Of a stretch of 64,000 nt of DNA, positions 19,997 to 30,849 are shown one piece after another. The stretch comes from Sulfolobaceae archaeon (GTDB lineage: Archaea; Thermoproteota; Thermoprotei_A; Sulfolobales; Sulfolobaceae), in NCBI GenBank assembly GCA_038893355.1, contig JAWARQ010000002.1, positions 160,001 to 224,000 of the forward strand, given 5' to 3'. Below the pieces are notes generated by a model, which had not been told where the DNA came from, searched no databases, and saw nothing but the letters and a program-made list of their open reading frames with translations. Position numbers and translations under genes: made by a program. Each line of letters starts with the position of its first letter. The first letter of the stretch is position 1.

Positions 19997-21240
19997 TCTA
20001 CATCACGTGGATCTACTATTTCACCCTTTAATGCTGAGGCAGCCGCTACTGCTGGTCCGCTTAAGAATACTTTTGCTTCCGGACTTCCCATTCTTCCTTT
20101 AAAGTTTCTAGAACTAGTAGAAAGAATATTCTCTCCTGGACCCGCTATACCAAAGTGACCACCCAGACAAGGCCCACAAGTACCGTAAGTTATTATGCAT
20201 CCTGCATCTGCTAGTATGTTTATATACCCCATTTCAATTGCTGTCTTAAACACTTGATAAGATGCAGGAATTACTATACATCTTGTCTTAACTTTTTTAC
20301 CTTTTAGTATTTTAGCGGCTACCTCAATATCACTTATTCTTCCATTAGTACAAGAACCTATAAAAACCTGATCAATAGGTGTTCCCTCTAATTCTCTAGC
20401 TGCCTTAACGTTATCTACACTATGAGGTGCAGCAACTAGAGGTTCTAGTTTATTTAATTCTATCTCGTATTCATCAACATACTTGGCCCCTATATCTGGC
20501 TTTATTATAGGTGGCTCGTATCCCCTATTAGACTTAATATAATTTACGGTCTCCTCATCGGGTATAAACATTAGTGCATCTGCATTCATCTCAATTCCCA
20601 TATTAGCTACAGTAGCTCTATAATCCATTGGAAAGCTTGACGGCTTTTCTACATATACCTCTATACTCATTCCATTAAAGTAATCAGCCTTAAATTCTCC
20701 AAGTAACTTTAATGCGACATCCTTACCAGATATCCATTTTTGAGGTTCATTAGACAATTTAACCTTAAATGGTTGGGGAACAACGACCCATGTTTTCCCA
20801 GTAATTACTGCTGCAGCTATATCGCTAGCTCCCATTCCTTGTGCGAAAGCACCTACTGCACCAGAGGTCGAAGTGTGACTATCTGCAGCTACTACTACCA
20901 TCCCTGGATCTACGTATTTTTCTATAAGTAGTTGATGCAAAATTCCAGTATTTATGTCATGAAAATTGGGTATTCTTAAATCTTTAACGAACTTTCTAAT
21001 ATTTACTTGAATTTCAGCACTTCTTACATCTGGTGGTGGTGCTAAGTGGTCAAAGGCGATTATTAACTTATTCTTATTAAAAACTTTTAACATTCCAACT
21101 TTCTCCATAACTTCTATTACATGATATCCAGTAAGGTCATGAAAAGCTACGAGATCTACGTTTATTTCTACAACATCTCCTGGAGTTACTGTTTTATTAG
21201 CTGCTCTACTGAGTATTTTCTCCGTTAACGTTTGTGACAT
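19993..21240 (-). CDS. leuC: 3-isopropylmalate dehydratase large subunit
   Basis: [26 protein letters not shown]. Confidence 0.88.
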   Translation of the reverse strand: MSQTLTEKILSRAANKTVTPGDVVEINVDLVAFHDLTGYHVIEVMEKVGMLKVFNKNKLIIAFDHLAPPPDVRSAEIQVNIRKFVKDLRIPNFHDINTGILHQLLIEKYVDPGMVVVAADSHTSTSGAVGAFAQGMGASDIAAAVITGKTWVVVPQPFKVKLSNEPQKWISGKDVALKLLGEFKADYFNGMSIEVYVEKPSSFPMDYRATVANMGIEMNADALMFIPDEETVNYIKSNRGYEPPIIKPDIGAKYVDEYEIELNKLEPLVAAPHSVDNVKAARELEGTPIDQVFIGSCTNGRISDIEVAAKILKGKKVKTRCIVIPASYQVFKTAIEMGYINILADAGCIITYGTCGPCLGGHFGIAGPGENILSTSSRNFKGRMGSPEAKVFLSGPAVAAASALKGEIVDPRDVE

Positions 21241-21545
21241 TAAATAGGAATTTGAAGTATTAGTAAATAAATATTTCAGTAATAGAAGGTTCGTAGATAA
21301 AACTTTAAATTATTATTTTAATTAATTTATTAACTTAATTCTGTTAAATTTTAAACTAAGTCATAAGAGCTATAGTGTCGACGTAGGGTATTTATATTTC
21401 TATATCTAAATAAGATATCCAAAACCTTATTTTAGCATCTACTCCTTATGGAGATTCTCGTTTTAATAAATTTATACCCTAATTACTACTACACTATAAC
21501 GAGAACTTAATAAAAACTTATATAATAATCTACTAATATTGTAAT

Positions 21546-22214
21546 ATGACAAGATTAACTGAAGAATTATGGTTGAGTATTAAAGATATTTATAACGCAA
21601 TTCTTAATCATCAATTTATAAAAGGTTTAATAGATGGTAGTTTAGAAGAAGAAAAATTCAAATATTATATTATTCAGGATTATTTATATTTAAAAGAATT
21701 TAGTAAGGCCTTGGCATTAGTCGCATCTAAGGCTCCTAAAGATGAATATAGAATAACCTTCTTGGAACACGGAATTCAAGCATTAATAGTTGAAAGAAAC
21801 TTACATTCTTCATTTACTAAAGTTTGGAATATAAATCCAGAAGAGTATGAAATGTCACCAACTAATTTAGCTTATACCTCATACCTTCTATCAGTAACCT
21901 CAACTAGGCCATTTAGTGAAGCATTAGCTGCTGTATTACCTTGTTATTGGATATATATGGAGGTAGGTAAAGAATTATTAAAGAAAGGTTCTCCTAATCC
22001 TCTGTATAGAAAATGGATAGAAACTTATGGTGGAGAAGAGTATGAAAGGGGTGTAAGGGCTGTACTAACAATAACTGATGAATTAAAATTAGATGAGAAT
22101 TCTAGAAGGGAAGTATTTAAGCATTTTAGAATAGCATCAATATACGAATATCTATTCTGGGACTCTGCATTTAGACTTGAGAAATTCCCCTTCCGAGTAA
22201 ATACTCTTGTGTAG
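21546..22214 (+). CDS. tenA: thiaminase II / TenA
   Basis: [16 protein letters not shown] catalytic Cys, [14 protein letters not shown]. Confidence 0.9.
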   Translation: MTRLTEELWLSIKDIYNAILNHQFIKGLIDGSLEEEKFKYYIIQDYLYLKEFSKALALVASKAPKDEYRITFLEHGIQALIVERNLHSSFTKVWNINPEEYEMSPTNLAYTSYLLSVTSTRPFSEALAAVLPCYWIYMEVGKELLKKGSPNPLYRKWIETYGGEEYERGVRAVLTITDELKLDENSRREVFKHFRIASIYEYLFWDSAFRLEKFPFRVNTLV

Positions 22215-23421
22215 CAATTACGCCATGGCCTAATTTTATAGGCTCACCTAACTTAGTAAGAATCCTTTCAATTGCTGCAACAGTAGATATTGCATCATTA
22301 TAATTTATCCATCCCATATGACCAATCCTAAAATATTTTCCAGCTAATTCAGGGTGGACACCAGGTGCAAATTCTACACCTTCTGATATGGAGTACTCTA
22401 AAAATTGACTGGAACTGACTTTAGAAAGTTTAACTGCAGTTACAGTATTACTACGTACACTTCTTTCCTTAGCTACTATTTCTAATCCCATAGCCTCTAT
22501 TCCAGCCCTTATTGCTTCTGCAATTACCTTATGTCTTTCAATTCTATTTTCTATACCCTCCTTTTCTATGAACTCTAAGGACTTCCTTAACATAAAAATT
22601 ATGTGAACTGGTAGTGTAGAAAAGTAAGCTGGTTTACCTGCCTCTAAACTTTCCATTACTGGAATCCAGTTTTTGAGATTTAAAAAGAAGCCTGAAATTG
22701 AATCTTCAGAAACCTGACTTATTGCATCTTGAGAAATAATTAATAAGCCTAACCCAGCTGGGCATCCTAGTGCCTTTTGAGATGCTGTAATTACTACATC
22801 TATTCCCCACTCTTTCATTTTAATCTCTTCAGCACCAACACTCGAAACACCATCGACTACAATAATTTCTGCATTTCCTCTAACTACCTTTATAACATCC
22901 TTTATTGGCTCTCTTACTCCAGTGCTAGTTTCTACATGAGTAAATGTGATTAATTTATAATTATTTTTACTAAATTTTTCTAATTCATCCTCTCTTACAT
23001 ACTCACCAGCTTTAGCTTTTATAACGTCAACTTGAACGGGGTATCGTTTAAATAAATTTTCCCATCTATCACCAAAAACTCCATTAGAAACTACTAATAC
23101 CCTATCATTTCTCTTTAACATGGAAGTTACAGCTTCCATTGCCGCAGTACCACTCCCTGGTAACATTATTACTCTATAACTCTCGTCTGCCCACACTAAT
23201 TTTCTCAAGGATTTGAGGACATAGCTACTAGCTTCAATAAATTCTCTCGAGGTAAATCCTACGTTAGATTTTACCCCTGAAAGCAGAACGTCTAAATCTA
23301 TATTTACTGGACCAACATGCATCAGAAGTCTTCTTAACTCGTTAGTGTAAGACATAGATTTCATGTAAATAGTAAGGTTAAAAATATTATGAAACTGGCA
23401 CTGAAAGATAGTTTGATGCAA
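22171..23421 (-). CDS. class V PLP aminotransferase (serine-pyruvate/alanine-glyoxylate type); start probably downstream of the annotated one
   Basis: [40 protein letters not shown]. Confidence 0.9.
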   Translation of the reverse strand: MHQTIFQCQFHNIFNLTIYMKSMSYTNELRRLLMHVGPVNIDLDVLLSGVKSNVGFTSREFIEASSYVLKSLRKLVWADESYRVIMLPGSGTAAMEAVTSMLKRNDRVLVVSNGVFGDRWENLFKRYPVQVDVIKAKAGEYVREDELEKFSKNNYKLITFTHVETSTGVREPIKDVIKVVRGNAEIIVVDGVSSVGAEEIKMKEWGIDVVITASQKALGCPAGLGLLIISQDAISQVSEDSISGFFLNLKNWIPVMESLEAGKPAYFSTLPVHIIFMLRKSLEFIEKEGIENRIERHKVIAEAIRAGIEAMGLEIVAKERSVRSNTVTAVKLSKVSSSQFLEYSISEGVEFAPGVHPELAGKYFRIGHMGWINYNDAISTVAAIERILTKLGEPIKLGHGVIATQEYLLGRGISQV

Positions 23422-24466
23422 TAGTTCCTATAGTATGAGTAGTAAGTGCGGCAGCTATAGCAAGAACGCTCATTTTAAGTCCCTTCTTAACAGGATTACT
23501 TTCACTAAGAATGCCTATTATATACCCAATTATAAACGTAAATAGACCAGTTACTGCATAAGAAATAAGGAGACCAGTAATTCCTGGTAATCCGATAAGG
23601 AAAGGTATTACTGGAATTATTGCACCAATAATATAAGATATACCAGTAATCCCCGCACTCTTAGTGGGACTTTCGGAAGACTTAGGAGCTATAATGTCCT
23701 CAGCAACATCATATAATTTTTTCGCTACTATTTCCACATCTTTTGATTTAATTCCAAATGCTTGTAAATTTCTCTTTAAACTCTCTATTACTAAAGAAGA
23801 GTCGATTTCCTTTTGAGCCTCTATCTTCTTTCTCCTTGCACGGTTTATCTCTACTTCAGATTCAGTGGAAAGATAAGAACCGATAGTCATAGATAGAGTA
23901 CCGGCTATGCCGACAATAATTCCCCCGATTGCAACTAATAATGGATTTAGTAATATTCCAGCTAAACCAGAAACTGCAGCAAGAACTTCTATAAGTCCAT
24001 CACTTATTCCATACACGAAATCTCCTATATCTTTTGACCTAGATTCAGTTAACGATAACATCTCCTCATGAACTACTTCGTCAATTAATATTTTCTCAAG
24101 TTCTTTCTTCTCCTCCTCAGAAATCTCTTGATGAGCTAATAAATTCTTATATTTTTGAACATCTTTGATCTCTTCCCTCTCTAATAGCTTTATAACTAAT
24201 CTTGTTCCAAATATTTTTCTTATTAAAATAAAAAAATTTAATTTTAATCTATCAAATGGATCCAATTTTTCTAATTCTATTTTATGAGACTCTGCCATTC
24301 TTCTCCAAAATTCTGAGTGAGATCTTTCGATATCGGACAATCTCTTTAAAACATTTCTAATTTCAGCATCTTTTTCTACTTTAGTCAAGGCTTCGTAGAG
24401 CATAAAACCAATGAGCTCGTCCTTATAACTATGCCTTATAATTTCATTAATACTAGACTTCTGCAT
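23387..24466 (-). CDS. ferritin-like domain fused to a VIT1/CCC1 iron transporter
   Basis: N-terminal ExxH pairs (ERSH, EVVH); FVYGISDGL and [16 protein letters not shown]1 motifs. Confidence 0.85.
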   Translation of the reverse strand: MQKSSINEIIRHSYKDELIGFMLYEALTKVEKDAEIRNVLKRLSDIERSHSEFWRRMAESHKIELEKLDPFDRLKLNFFILIRKIFGTRLVIKLLEREEIKDVQKYKNLLAHQEISEEEKKELEKILIDEVVHEEMLSLTESRSKDIGDFVYGISDGLIEVLAAVSGLAGILLNPLLVAIGGIIVGIAGTLSMTIGSYLSTESEVEINRARRKKIEAQKEIDSSLVIESLKRNLQAFGIKSKDVEIVAKKLYDVAEDIIAPKSSESPTKSAGITGISYIIGAIIPVIPFLIGLPGITGLLISYAVTGLFTFIIGYIIGILSESNPVKKGLKMSVLAIAAALTTHTIGTIASNYLSVPVS

Positions 24467-24553
24467 TAAAGCTAATTTAGAATCCCTATTATTTAAAAGT
24501 TTCTATAAACTCCCCAGTTTTGGAGTATAGATTATAAATGGATCGAAAGAATA

Positions 24554-25780
24554 CTACTCCATAAATACTGACGAGGAAATTATTTTCTCTAATTTCTCCC
24601 TATCTATTACATCTACAATCTTCTTTATACCCCCTCTCCTACCAAAATTTTCTACCCTAATTTTCAATAATCCAAACATTTCTAACTCATTCAGTATCTC
24701 CGCATATCTTCTATACGAAATAACCCTTACACCCATTTCCTCAGCAATTTGCTTATAAATTTGATAAGAATTAACTGCAATGTTATCTTTCAGAACAGAC
24801 ATCAGAACTAACTTATAATGAACCGGTAAATCTTTTACCGCTTCTACTACTTTCTCTCTTTCATATTCTTGATAAGCAATATCAACATGTCTTTTCTCTA
24901 TTTTATCTGAACCTTCTCGTGATGCAACCATTGCAGCCCTAAATAATAGCTCTACTGCTTTCCTAGCATCTCCATGCTCAGATGCCGCTATTGCTGCAAT
25001 GTAGTTTATTATCTCCATATCCCAAACATTAAGGCCAGCCTTCGCATATCTAACAAGAATGTTAGACAGCTGCTGTGCATCGTAAGGATTAAATAAAATC
25101 GTAGGTCCTAAACTCGAGAGCACTCTAGGATCCATCCCTTCCCTCACATTAAGATCATTACTTATCATAATAACTGATAAAGGAGCATCAACTCTAAGTA
25201 ATTGATAAAGTACATCATCACCGTCCTTCTTCTTCACTAGAGCGTCTATTTCGTCTAAATACATTATTGCCTTTTTATTTTTCATATAATCTTTCATGAA
25301 CTTAATATAATCTGCAGTACCCAAACCTCTTCTAGGAATATCCCTTTTTGAAATCTGAGTAGCTAAAGAATGAAGTACTGCACCCTTATTCCCACCCATT
25401 TCCTTGCAATTAACATAAGCTTGTACTACAGAAGTATAATCTCTATCCTCCTTCTTTACTTTCTCTATTTCCCTCATCACAAATTTGGCTACAAAAGTCT
25501 TCCCAGTACCAGTTAAACCTAAAAATAGAACGGAAAATTTTGTACCAGCCTTCACAAAAGATTTTATATACACTGCAACTTGTTCCAATATATCTTCTCT
25601 ATAAGGTATATCGTTAAATACAGTAAGAGGATCTTTAAATACAGTAGGATCTTTAATTATTCGCTTTAAATCACCTTTCAGCTTTTCCCTAAACACAATT
25701 ATACTTCTGAAATTTAAGTATATCAAAGGTTCTCCCGATTCTTCCGTAAGAATCTGTATCAAAAGCTTCAGAGGTATCAC
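24554..25780 (-). CDS. cdc6-3: Orc1/Cdc6 replication initiator, Cdc6-3 (Orc1-3) type; likely GTG start at 25696
   Basis: FKDPLTVF..IPYREDIL, GLTGTGKT, LDEID, HGDARKA, GRRGG winged helix. Confidence 0.88.
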   Translation of the reverse strand: MIPLKLLIQILTEESGEPLIYLNFRSIIVFREKLKGDLKRIIKDPTVFKDPLTVFNDIPYREDILEQVAVYIKSFVKAGTKFSVLFLGLTGTGKTFVAKFVMREIEKVKKEDRDYTSVVQAYVNCKEMGGNKGAVLHSLATQISKRDIPRRGLGTADYIKFMKDYMKNKKAIMYLDEIDALVKKKDGDDVLYQLLRVDAPLSVIMISNDLNVREGMDPRVLSSLGPTILFNPYDAQQLSNILVRYAKAGLNVWDMEIINYIAAIAASEHGDARKAVELLFRAAMVASREGSDKIEKRHVDIAYQEYEREKVVEAVKDLPVHYKLVLMSVLKDNIAVNSYQIYKQIAEEMGVRVISYRRYAEILNELEMFGLLKIRVENFGRRGGIKKIVDVIDREKLEKIISSSVFME

Positions 25781-26190
25781 TTGTTTTTATTTTCCACTAA
25801 AGTATTATTACAGTAAAGTTCTCCCGATTCTTTGACAATCTTTCCGTAATATTTTTTCAAAAAATACAGAAGAACCTTAAAGATATTATCAAAGATCCAA
25901 CAAAAAGGCTAAACTATTTAAAAACTGGGGAGTTTGCTACATAAGTATTTCCTAAGAGTCCAGTACAGGTTAAATAAGTTGAGATTTATTAATACCTTTT
26001 TCTCTATAGTTCCTTTTTAACTACTAGACAGAGTAAAGTTCCTAAGTTTCTGTTGCAAATTAATACTAATAAGGTTGTTTGTATAATATAACTATGCCGT
26101 GTTATTCTTACAAACGACTAAAACGTAGGAACTTTAGTATCTGTACTTACGTTGTAAATTCATAAATGAATTTAGTATTATCCAAATTCT
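25700..26190. other. probable replication origin oriC2
   Basis: non-coding stretch upstream of cdc6-3 with inverted mini-ORB-like 16-mers (26034-26049 and 26121-26136) flanking an AT-rich core, plus a 15-bp direct repeat (25729 and 25818). Confidence 0.7.
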
Positions 26191-26193
26191 AAC

Positions 26194-27243
26194 CTACCTC
26201 TTAAATTGTATTACCTTATAATTCTCCCCTTCCTTAATTACCTTATTTTCTAGGACAAATTTAGGACATTCTGACTTACACTTTGAAATAGGTGGGATAT
26301 TCTTATCAAAAACTACTATTACTTCATCATACAAAGCTTTTATGTCTTCTACTAACCTCTCTATTACGTTATAACTCATCAATACTGGTATTGAATCAAT
26401 TTCATGAAATCTAGCTTGTTTAAGTATAAAATTAAGGTTTGGATCCTCTTGCCAAGCTCTTTTCAGCTCAGTTATATTAGTATTATGAAAGTTTCTAGCT
26501 AACACAAATATAGGTAAAATCACAGTATCATAGTTACTCATAATTTTGTTTTTAATAGTATTTTTAGTAATTTGATTTATTTTTTCTAATCCAATCTTCA
26601 TGTACTCGTATGCGATATCTTTATCAAATAGTTTATCCTTATCATAATTTAAATGAAAGTATTCTAATAACCATAAATGAAACTCAACTATTTCATTTAT
26701 CTTATCAAAAACTATATCATTTACTACTATTTCCTTAGCCCTAGTAAATATAGAGAATCTGTTTAAAGTTTGGGCAAATAACGCTTGATTCGCTATGAAT
26801 ACCTTCTTATTCTCTATAAATTCACTTAATCCTTTAAGTTTAAAGTACCCTTCTGGCGATATTTCTAATGGATGAAATCCAAGACCAATAATCATTCCTT
26901 CCTGCGGATCAGCATATGAGTACTGGACTATCCTATAGTAGTCAAGAAATTGTGACTCAGGATACCATTCAGAATACTTCTTTAAACCTTCTTGCTTTAT
27001 ACCGTCTTTAAGTAACAAAATCTCATTTAGTAATTCCTTTGAATCCTTATATTCTTCTGCGATTGCACCGTAGGGTATGAGTATTGGTTCTCCGTATAAA
27101 GGTACGGAAAATTTCAAACCATACAACTTCATTAAATCAGGTAAGTTACTATCAAACAAGGTTTTTATTACCTTTCTATTTAATAACGGTAAGTGATCAA
27201 TGTGATATATTTTTTTAATCTTCTTCTTAAATAAGAATGACAT
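26194..27243 (-). CDS. hypothetical protein
   Basis: 349-aa ORF, no motif recognised. Confidence 0.7.
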   Translation of the reverse strand: MSFLFKKKIKKIYHIDHLPLLNRKVIKTLFDSNLPDLMKLYGLKFSVPLYGEPILIPYGAIAEEYKDSKELLNEILLLKDGIKQEGLKKYSEWYPESQFLDYYRIVQYSYADPQEGMIIGLGFHPLEISPEGYFKLKGLSEFIENKKVFIANQALFAQTLNRFSIFTRAKEIVVNDIVFDKINEIVEFHLWLLEYFHLNYDKDKLFDKDIAYEYMKIGLEKINQITKNTIKNKIMSNYDTVILPIFVLARNFHNTNITELKRAWQEDPNLNFILKQARFHEIDSIPVLMSYNVIERLVEDIKALYDEVIVVFDKNIPPISKCKSECPKFVLENKVIKEGENYKVIQFKR

Positions 27244-27376
27244 GTATTATCCTTTATGTTATTTCTAAAAAAGTTTATGTTAGCAGTAGTAAATCTCTAT
27301 TTACAAATTAACGTATAAATAATTTCTACTTTACTGGATGTGATTATTCTTAATAATGTGTTAGTAAATAATTAAG

Positions 27377-27829
27377 TTGATGATGTATTGGCTAATACCA
27401 ATTCAAGAGGATATGTGGAATGTAATATTAAATCAAGGAGTTTATGGCCATAATAGAAAAATTATTATAAATTATGTAAAAAAAGATGATTATCTAATAA
27501 TATATGTAAGCAAATATTATGCTAAGAGGTATGGAGGAAAGATTGTAGGGATAATGAAAGTTGTGTCGGATTGGTATACGGACGAAAAGCCAATATATCC
27601 AGAGGAGGTAGTAAGGGGTAAAGGAGTTTATATATATAGAGTAAAAGTAGAACCAGTATTGATAGGCGAGTGTGATTTGAAATCAATACTATCTAAACTA
27701 ACTTTTATAGAGGATAAGTTTCAATTACCAAAGTACTTAAGAAACGCTCCTGCTAATATGAGAAGACCAATACCAGAAAATGATGTAAAATTAATTGAAG
27801 AGTGTTTAAGGCAGCAAACATCTTATTAG
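27377..27829 (+). CDS. EVE domain protein (UPF0310)
   Basis: YWLIPI...W...GVYG...VKKDDYLIIYV; PUA-like EVE pattern. Confidence 0.8.
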   Translation: MMMYWLIPIQEDMWNVILNQGVYGHNRKIIINYVKKDDYLIIYVSKYYAKRYGGKIVGIMKVVSDWYTDEKPIYPEEVVRGKGVYIYRVKVEPVLIGECDLKSILSKLTFIEDKFQLPKYLRNAPANMRRPIPENDVKLIEECLRQQTSY

Positions 27830-27936
27830 TAATACAAAATTTATCATTATTATATTATCTATTAAACTATAAAATGATAAATTCTTGAAAATTTAGCTAC
27901 AATAAGCTATTTATTTGGCTTTACGAAATTTAGATT

Positions 27937-28011
27937 GGGCCCGTCGTCTAGCCTGGTTAGGATGCCGCCCTCACACGGCGGAGATCCTGGGTTCAAATCC
28001 CAGCGGGCCCA
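27937..28011 (+). tRNA. tRNA-Val(CAC), intronless, CCA not encoded
   Basis: GGGCCCG/CGGGCCC acceptor stem, CCGCC-CTCACAC-GGCGG anticodon arm, GGGTTCAAATCCC T arm. Confidence 0.96.
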
Positions 28012-28124
28012 TAATTTTAAACTTTTCTGCTTTGGGAGAAAAGAACATAAATGTAACAAGAAACGTAAAAAGCAACATTATGAATAAATTTACGAGTTCC
28101 AGCAGTCTGGAGATAGTGTCGTCA

Positions 28125-28912
28125 TTAGGGTATAAATTCTGGGATTAATTTTCTCTCCCATAAGACTAGTGCTATGGAGTACTTTATCATGCTTATGCTC
28201 CTATTTACTGCCTTTGTTGCCCTCTTGAAGCGTACAAGCCTATCCCTTAGTGAGGAATGAAGCCCCTCGTTGGGGCGTTCAGTAATAAATCTTTCGGTCA
28301 TACTTCAAGCATAGTACTAGCTAACATTGCCACGTGGGCCTATATAGGTTAACCAGCGAGACAACCGTGTGATCCTTTAACCAAAAGTAAACGTTGTAAT
28401 CATCACTCACCCACCTACCATCATCTGGCAAGTACATTTTAACCTCACGAAAAGTATTCTCATTCCTATCATCCACAGAGTAAATTATGTATAACCCTAG
28501 CCTAGTGTACACATAACAAGTAAACACCCACTTGTAGAAAGCCCTAGTGTTTCTATGTCCACATCTCATCAACAACCTTAGTAACAACTTTACCCTTAAC
28601 AAACTCCTTAGCCCTACTCCACAAGTCCACTAGCTTCTCGTGCCTCTGCTTACCATAACGCTTAACCCAAGTGAAAACAGTACCCAAAGGCACATTAAGA
28701 ACCCTAGAAATAGCCCTCATACCATTAGAATACATCCTCAAAGCCAACTCCCTAACACTCTTATGATAATGATGCCTAGAAGCATCACCCAAAAAACGCT
28801 TACCACAAACCCTACACTTCTGCCTACCCCAAGACTTACCACACTTAACAACATGATGACTACCACAAGAAGGACAAGCTATATCATGCCTAATTATAGG
28901 CTTCCTACCCAT
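28125..28912 (-). pseudogene. IS1-family transposase pseudogene
   Basis: CPSCGS Zn ribbon, HTH, VVDEMWT then frameshift, SDDYNVY; C-terminal PNEGLHSSLRDRL...LIPEFIP cut off by an insertion. Confidence 0.85.
28276..28346 (-). mobile_element. 71-bp insertion, putative miniature IS110-family derivative
   Basis: interrupts the transposase at VN|PNE with two extra C; begins TATATAG and ends TTACTGAACG, resembling recalled Sulfolobus IS110 (ISC1190/ISC1229-type) ends. Confidence 0.5.
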
Positions 28913-29281
28913 AAGTAATACTCATAATACAAGAATTTATACCCTAATGACGACACTATCTCCAGACTGAGTTACAGTAAGGTATCAAAAATAAACTGAT
29001 ATAGATGATATCTATATATCTAGAAAAAAGAATTTAGTGTAATATAAGTCTCTTTCATTAAATTATTATCTCTTTAGCTAACTAATTTTTCTAGCTCCGT
29101 ATACTTAAAAATTAATATATATAAATAAAAATTGATAACCTATTATTTAATATTCTCCTAGCGCAGCTAATAATAGGTAATACTCTATATCAACTATACC
29201 ATCATTTTCGTAATACATAATTTACTCCTTTATTTCACTATTTATAAATAATTGCCTAATTATCTAATAGACAAAAGTCTA

Positions 29282-29719
29282 TTAGAATCGAGCCCATACA
29301 AACTTATAACTTAATAAGAATCTTATTATAAATGCACTTATTATTCCAATTAAGTTAATAATAAGAATTATTGACGGAAGATGAGAATAAGAACTAAGTA
29401 ATATTAATAAGGCTTGATCTCGCCAACCTACTACAATTAGCAAGAGTACTATCATATATTGTATGATACCACCAACTACCGCTGTAATATGAAACCTAAT
29501 TAGCCTCTTTCCAAAATTTCCGAATCTTCTGTCTTTAAAGGTCCACACGTCATTAAGTATGAAGTTGAATATTATTGATATCTCTATTGAGAAGATCAAC
29601 GAAATTGCTATTGGAAAGATTTTAGTGAAGAGATAAAGAAGACCTTCATTAACTATAGTGCCCAATGCACCTACTATTCCGAACTTTACTAGCCTTAAAA
29701 TTAATTCTTTCTTTGACAT
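29282..29719 (-). CDS. GtrA family membrane protein
   Basis: KFGIVGALGTIVNE...FNFILNDVWTF...YKFVW. Confidence 0.88.
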   Translation of the reverse strand: MSKKELILRLVKFGIVGALGTIVNEGLLYLFTKIFPIAISLIFSIEISIIFNFILNDVWTFKDRRFGNFGKRLIRFHITAVVGGIIQYMIVLLLIVVGWRDQALLILLSSYSHLPSIILIINLIGIISAFIIRFLLSYKFVWARF

Positions 29720-29784
29720 TCATAAATTCTGCGTAACTGCAATATAAAAATTCTTTCATCATATAACAAAAATTATTTTTAATT

Positions 29785-30063
29785 TTAATTGATTTTCTTA
29801 AGTCTTAATAATAATGTACCGTAGTGATATTCTTTATGAAGTATATTGGGACTAAGTATTATGTCACTTCTAATTTTAATTATTTTTATTATATTATTTG
29901 ATTTAACATCATATAAATATATCTTATTTTTATCTATTTTAATATCAATTCTATCTAATTTTAAATCTCTACCTCTTAAGTCCACGTAAACCTCTATATA
30001 ATCACCTATCTGTAGAATTTCTACGTCTGGATCTTCATCTTGTTGAATTATGGATGGTGTCAT
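29785..30063 (-). CDS. small Hsp20/alpha-crystallin-like protein
   Basis: beta-sandwich pattern PDVEI...IEVYVDL...Y.YGTLLLRLKK. Confidence 0.5.
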   Translation of the reverse strand: MTPSIIQQDEDPDVEILQIGDYIEVYVDLRGRDLKLDRIDIKIDKNKIYLYDVKSNNIIKIIKIRSDIILSPNILHKEYHYGTLLLRLKKIN

Positions 30064-30197
30064 AGTAATTACAATTATAAAAATGTAATCTAGGGTATAA
30101 AAGTCAAATTTCTATAAATAATACGTGTTAATGACAAGGGATGTATTACCTTGCCTACTACCTTTTAAGTAATTGAAAGTTAAGATATATACTGACC

Positions 30198-30824
30198 ATG
30201 GCAATACAAAACTTCCAAAAGATATGGGAGGGCAATAAAAAGGAAAAGGTATCAATCAAGGGCAAGGAACCATTGAGATATAGATTAGCTAATGCGAATT
30301 ATAAAATAAGGGCTATGGTTAGTAGGCTCGATGCATACATAGCAAGGCTACAAGAGAGGGATAGGACATTATTCGAAAGAGTAGTTGAGGCTCAAATGTC
30401 GAAGGATACGATGAGGGCTGCAATGTATGCTAATGAGATTGCAGAGATTAGGAAGATTACTAAGCAGATGATAATAACCCAAATTGCCTTAGAGCAGGTC
30501 TCTTTAAGACTAGAAACTGTAGAAGAATTAGGTGACATATTCGTTAACTTAATACCAGTAGTTGGCGTAATATCAGAACTTAAGAGTGTATTAAAGGGAA
30601 TAATGCCAGAAATATCTATAGAACTAGGTGAAATAGGGGAGGCATTACAAGAAATAGTAGTAGAAGCTGGTAACTTCACTGGTGCACCTTATGTAGGTGC
30701 TCCATCATCTCCAGAGGCAAGGAAGATATTAGAGGAAGCTGCAGCAATAGCAGAGCAGAGGATGAAAGAGAAGTTCCCAGATTTACCGCTATCATCTGGT
30801 CTAACACAGGTTCAGAAGAGTTAA
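30198..30824 (+). CDS. ESCRT-III/Snf7 cell-division protein, CdvB1/B2 paralog
   Basis: [10 protein letters not shown]...[34 protein letters not shown]-terminal FPDLP. Confidence 0.9.
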   Translation: MAIQNFQKIWEGNKKEKVSIKGKEPLRYRLANANYKIRAMVSRLDAYIARLQERDRTLFERVVEAQMSKDTMRAAMYANEIAEIRKITKQMIITQIALEQVSLRLETVEELGDIFVNLIPVVGVISELKSVLKGIMPEISIELGEIGEALQEIVVEAGNFTGAPYVGAPSSPEARKILEEAAAIAEQRMKEKFPDLPLSSGLTQVQKS

Positions 30825-30849
30825 ATTATCTTTTTTCTTCTTTTTATTC

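Larger units (their letters stand above)
28103..28969 (-). mobile_element. IS1-family (ISC796-like) insertion sequence, decayed
   Basis: 38-bp perfect terminal inverted repeat (28103-28140 / 28932-28969); near-identical 8-bp flanks AGTTCCAG/AGTTACAG; transposase remnants inside. Confidence 0.85.

Noticed and set aside
27915-28148. 77-aa ORF
   Set aside because: Overlaps tRNA-Val and the IS end; spurious.
28321-28912. Programmed frameshift in the IS1 transposase
   Set aside because: The shift coincides with an apparent deletion after DEMWT, no slippery A-run is visible, and other lesions exist; treated as decay.
28640-28918. 92-aa plus-strand ORF
   Set aside because: Antisense shadow of the transposase.
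27937-29280. Integrated virus or plasmid at tRNA-Val
   Set aside because: No integrase and no duplicated tRNA 3' end (att site) seen; only an IS remnant follows.
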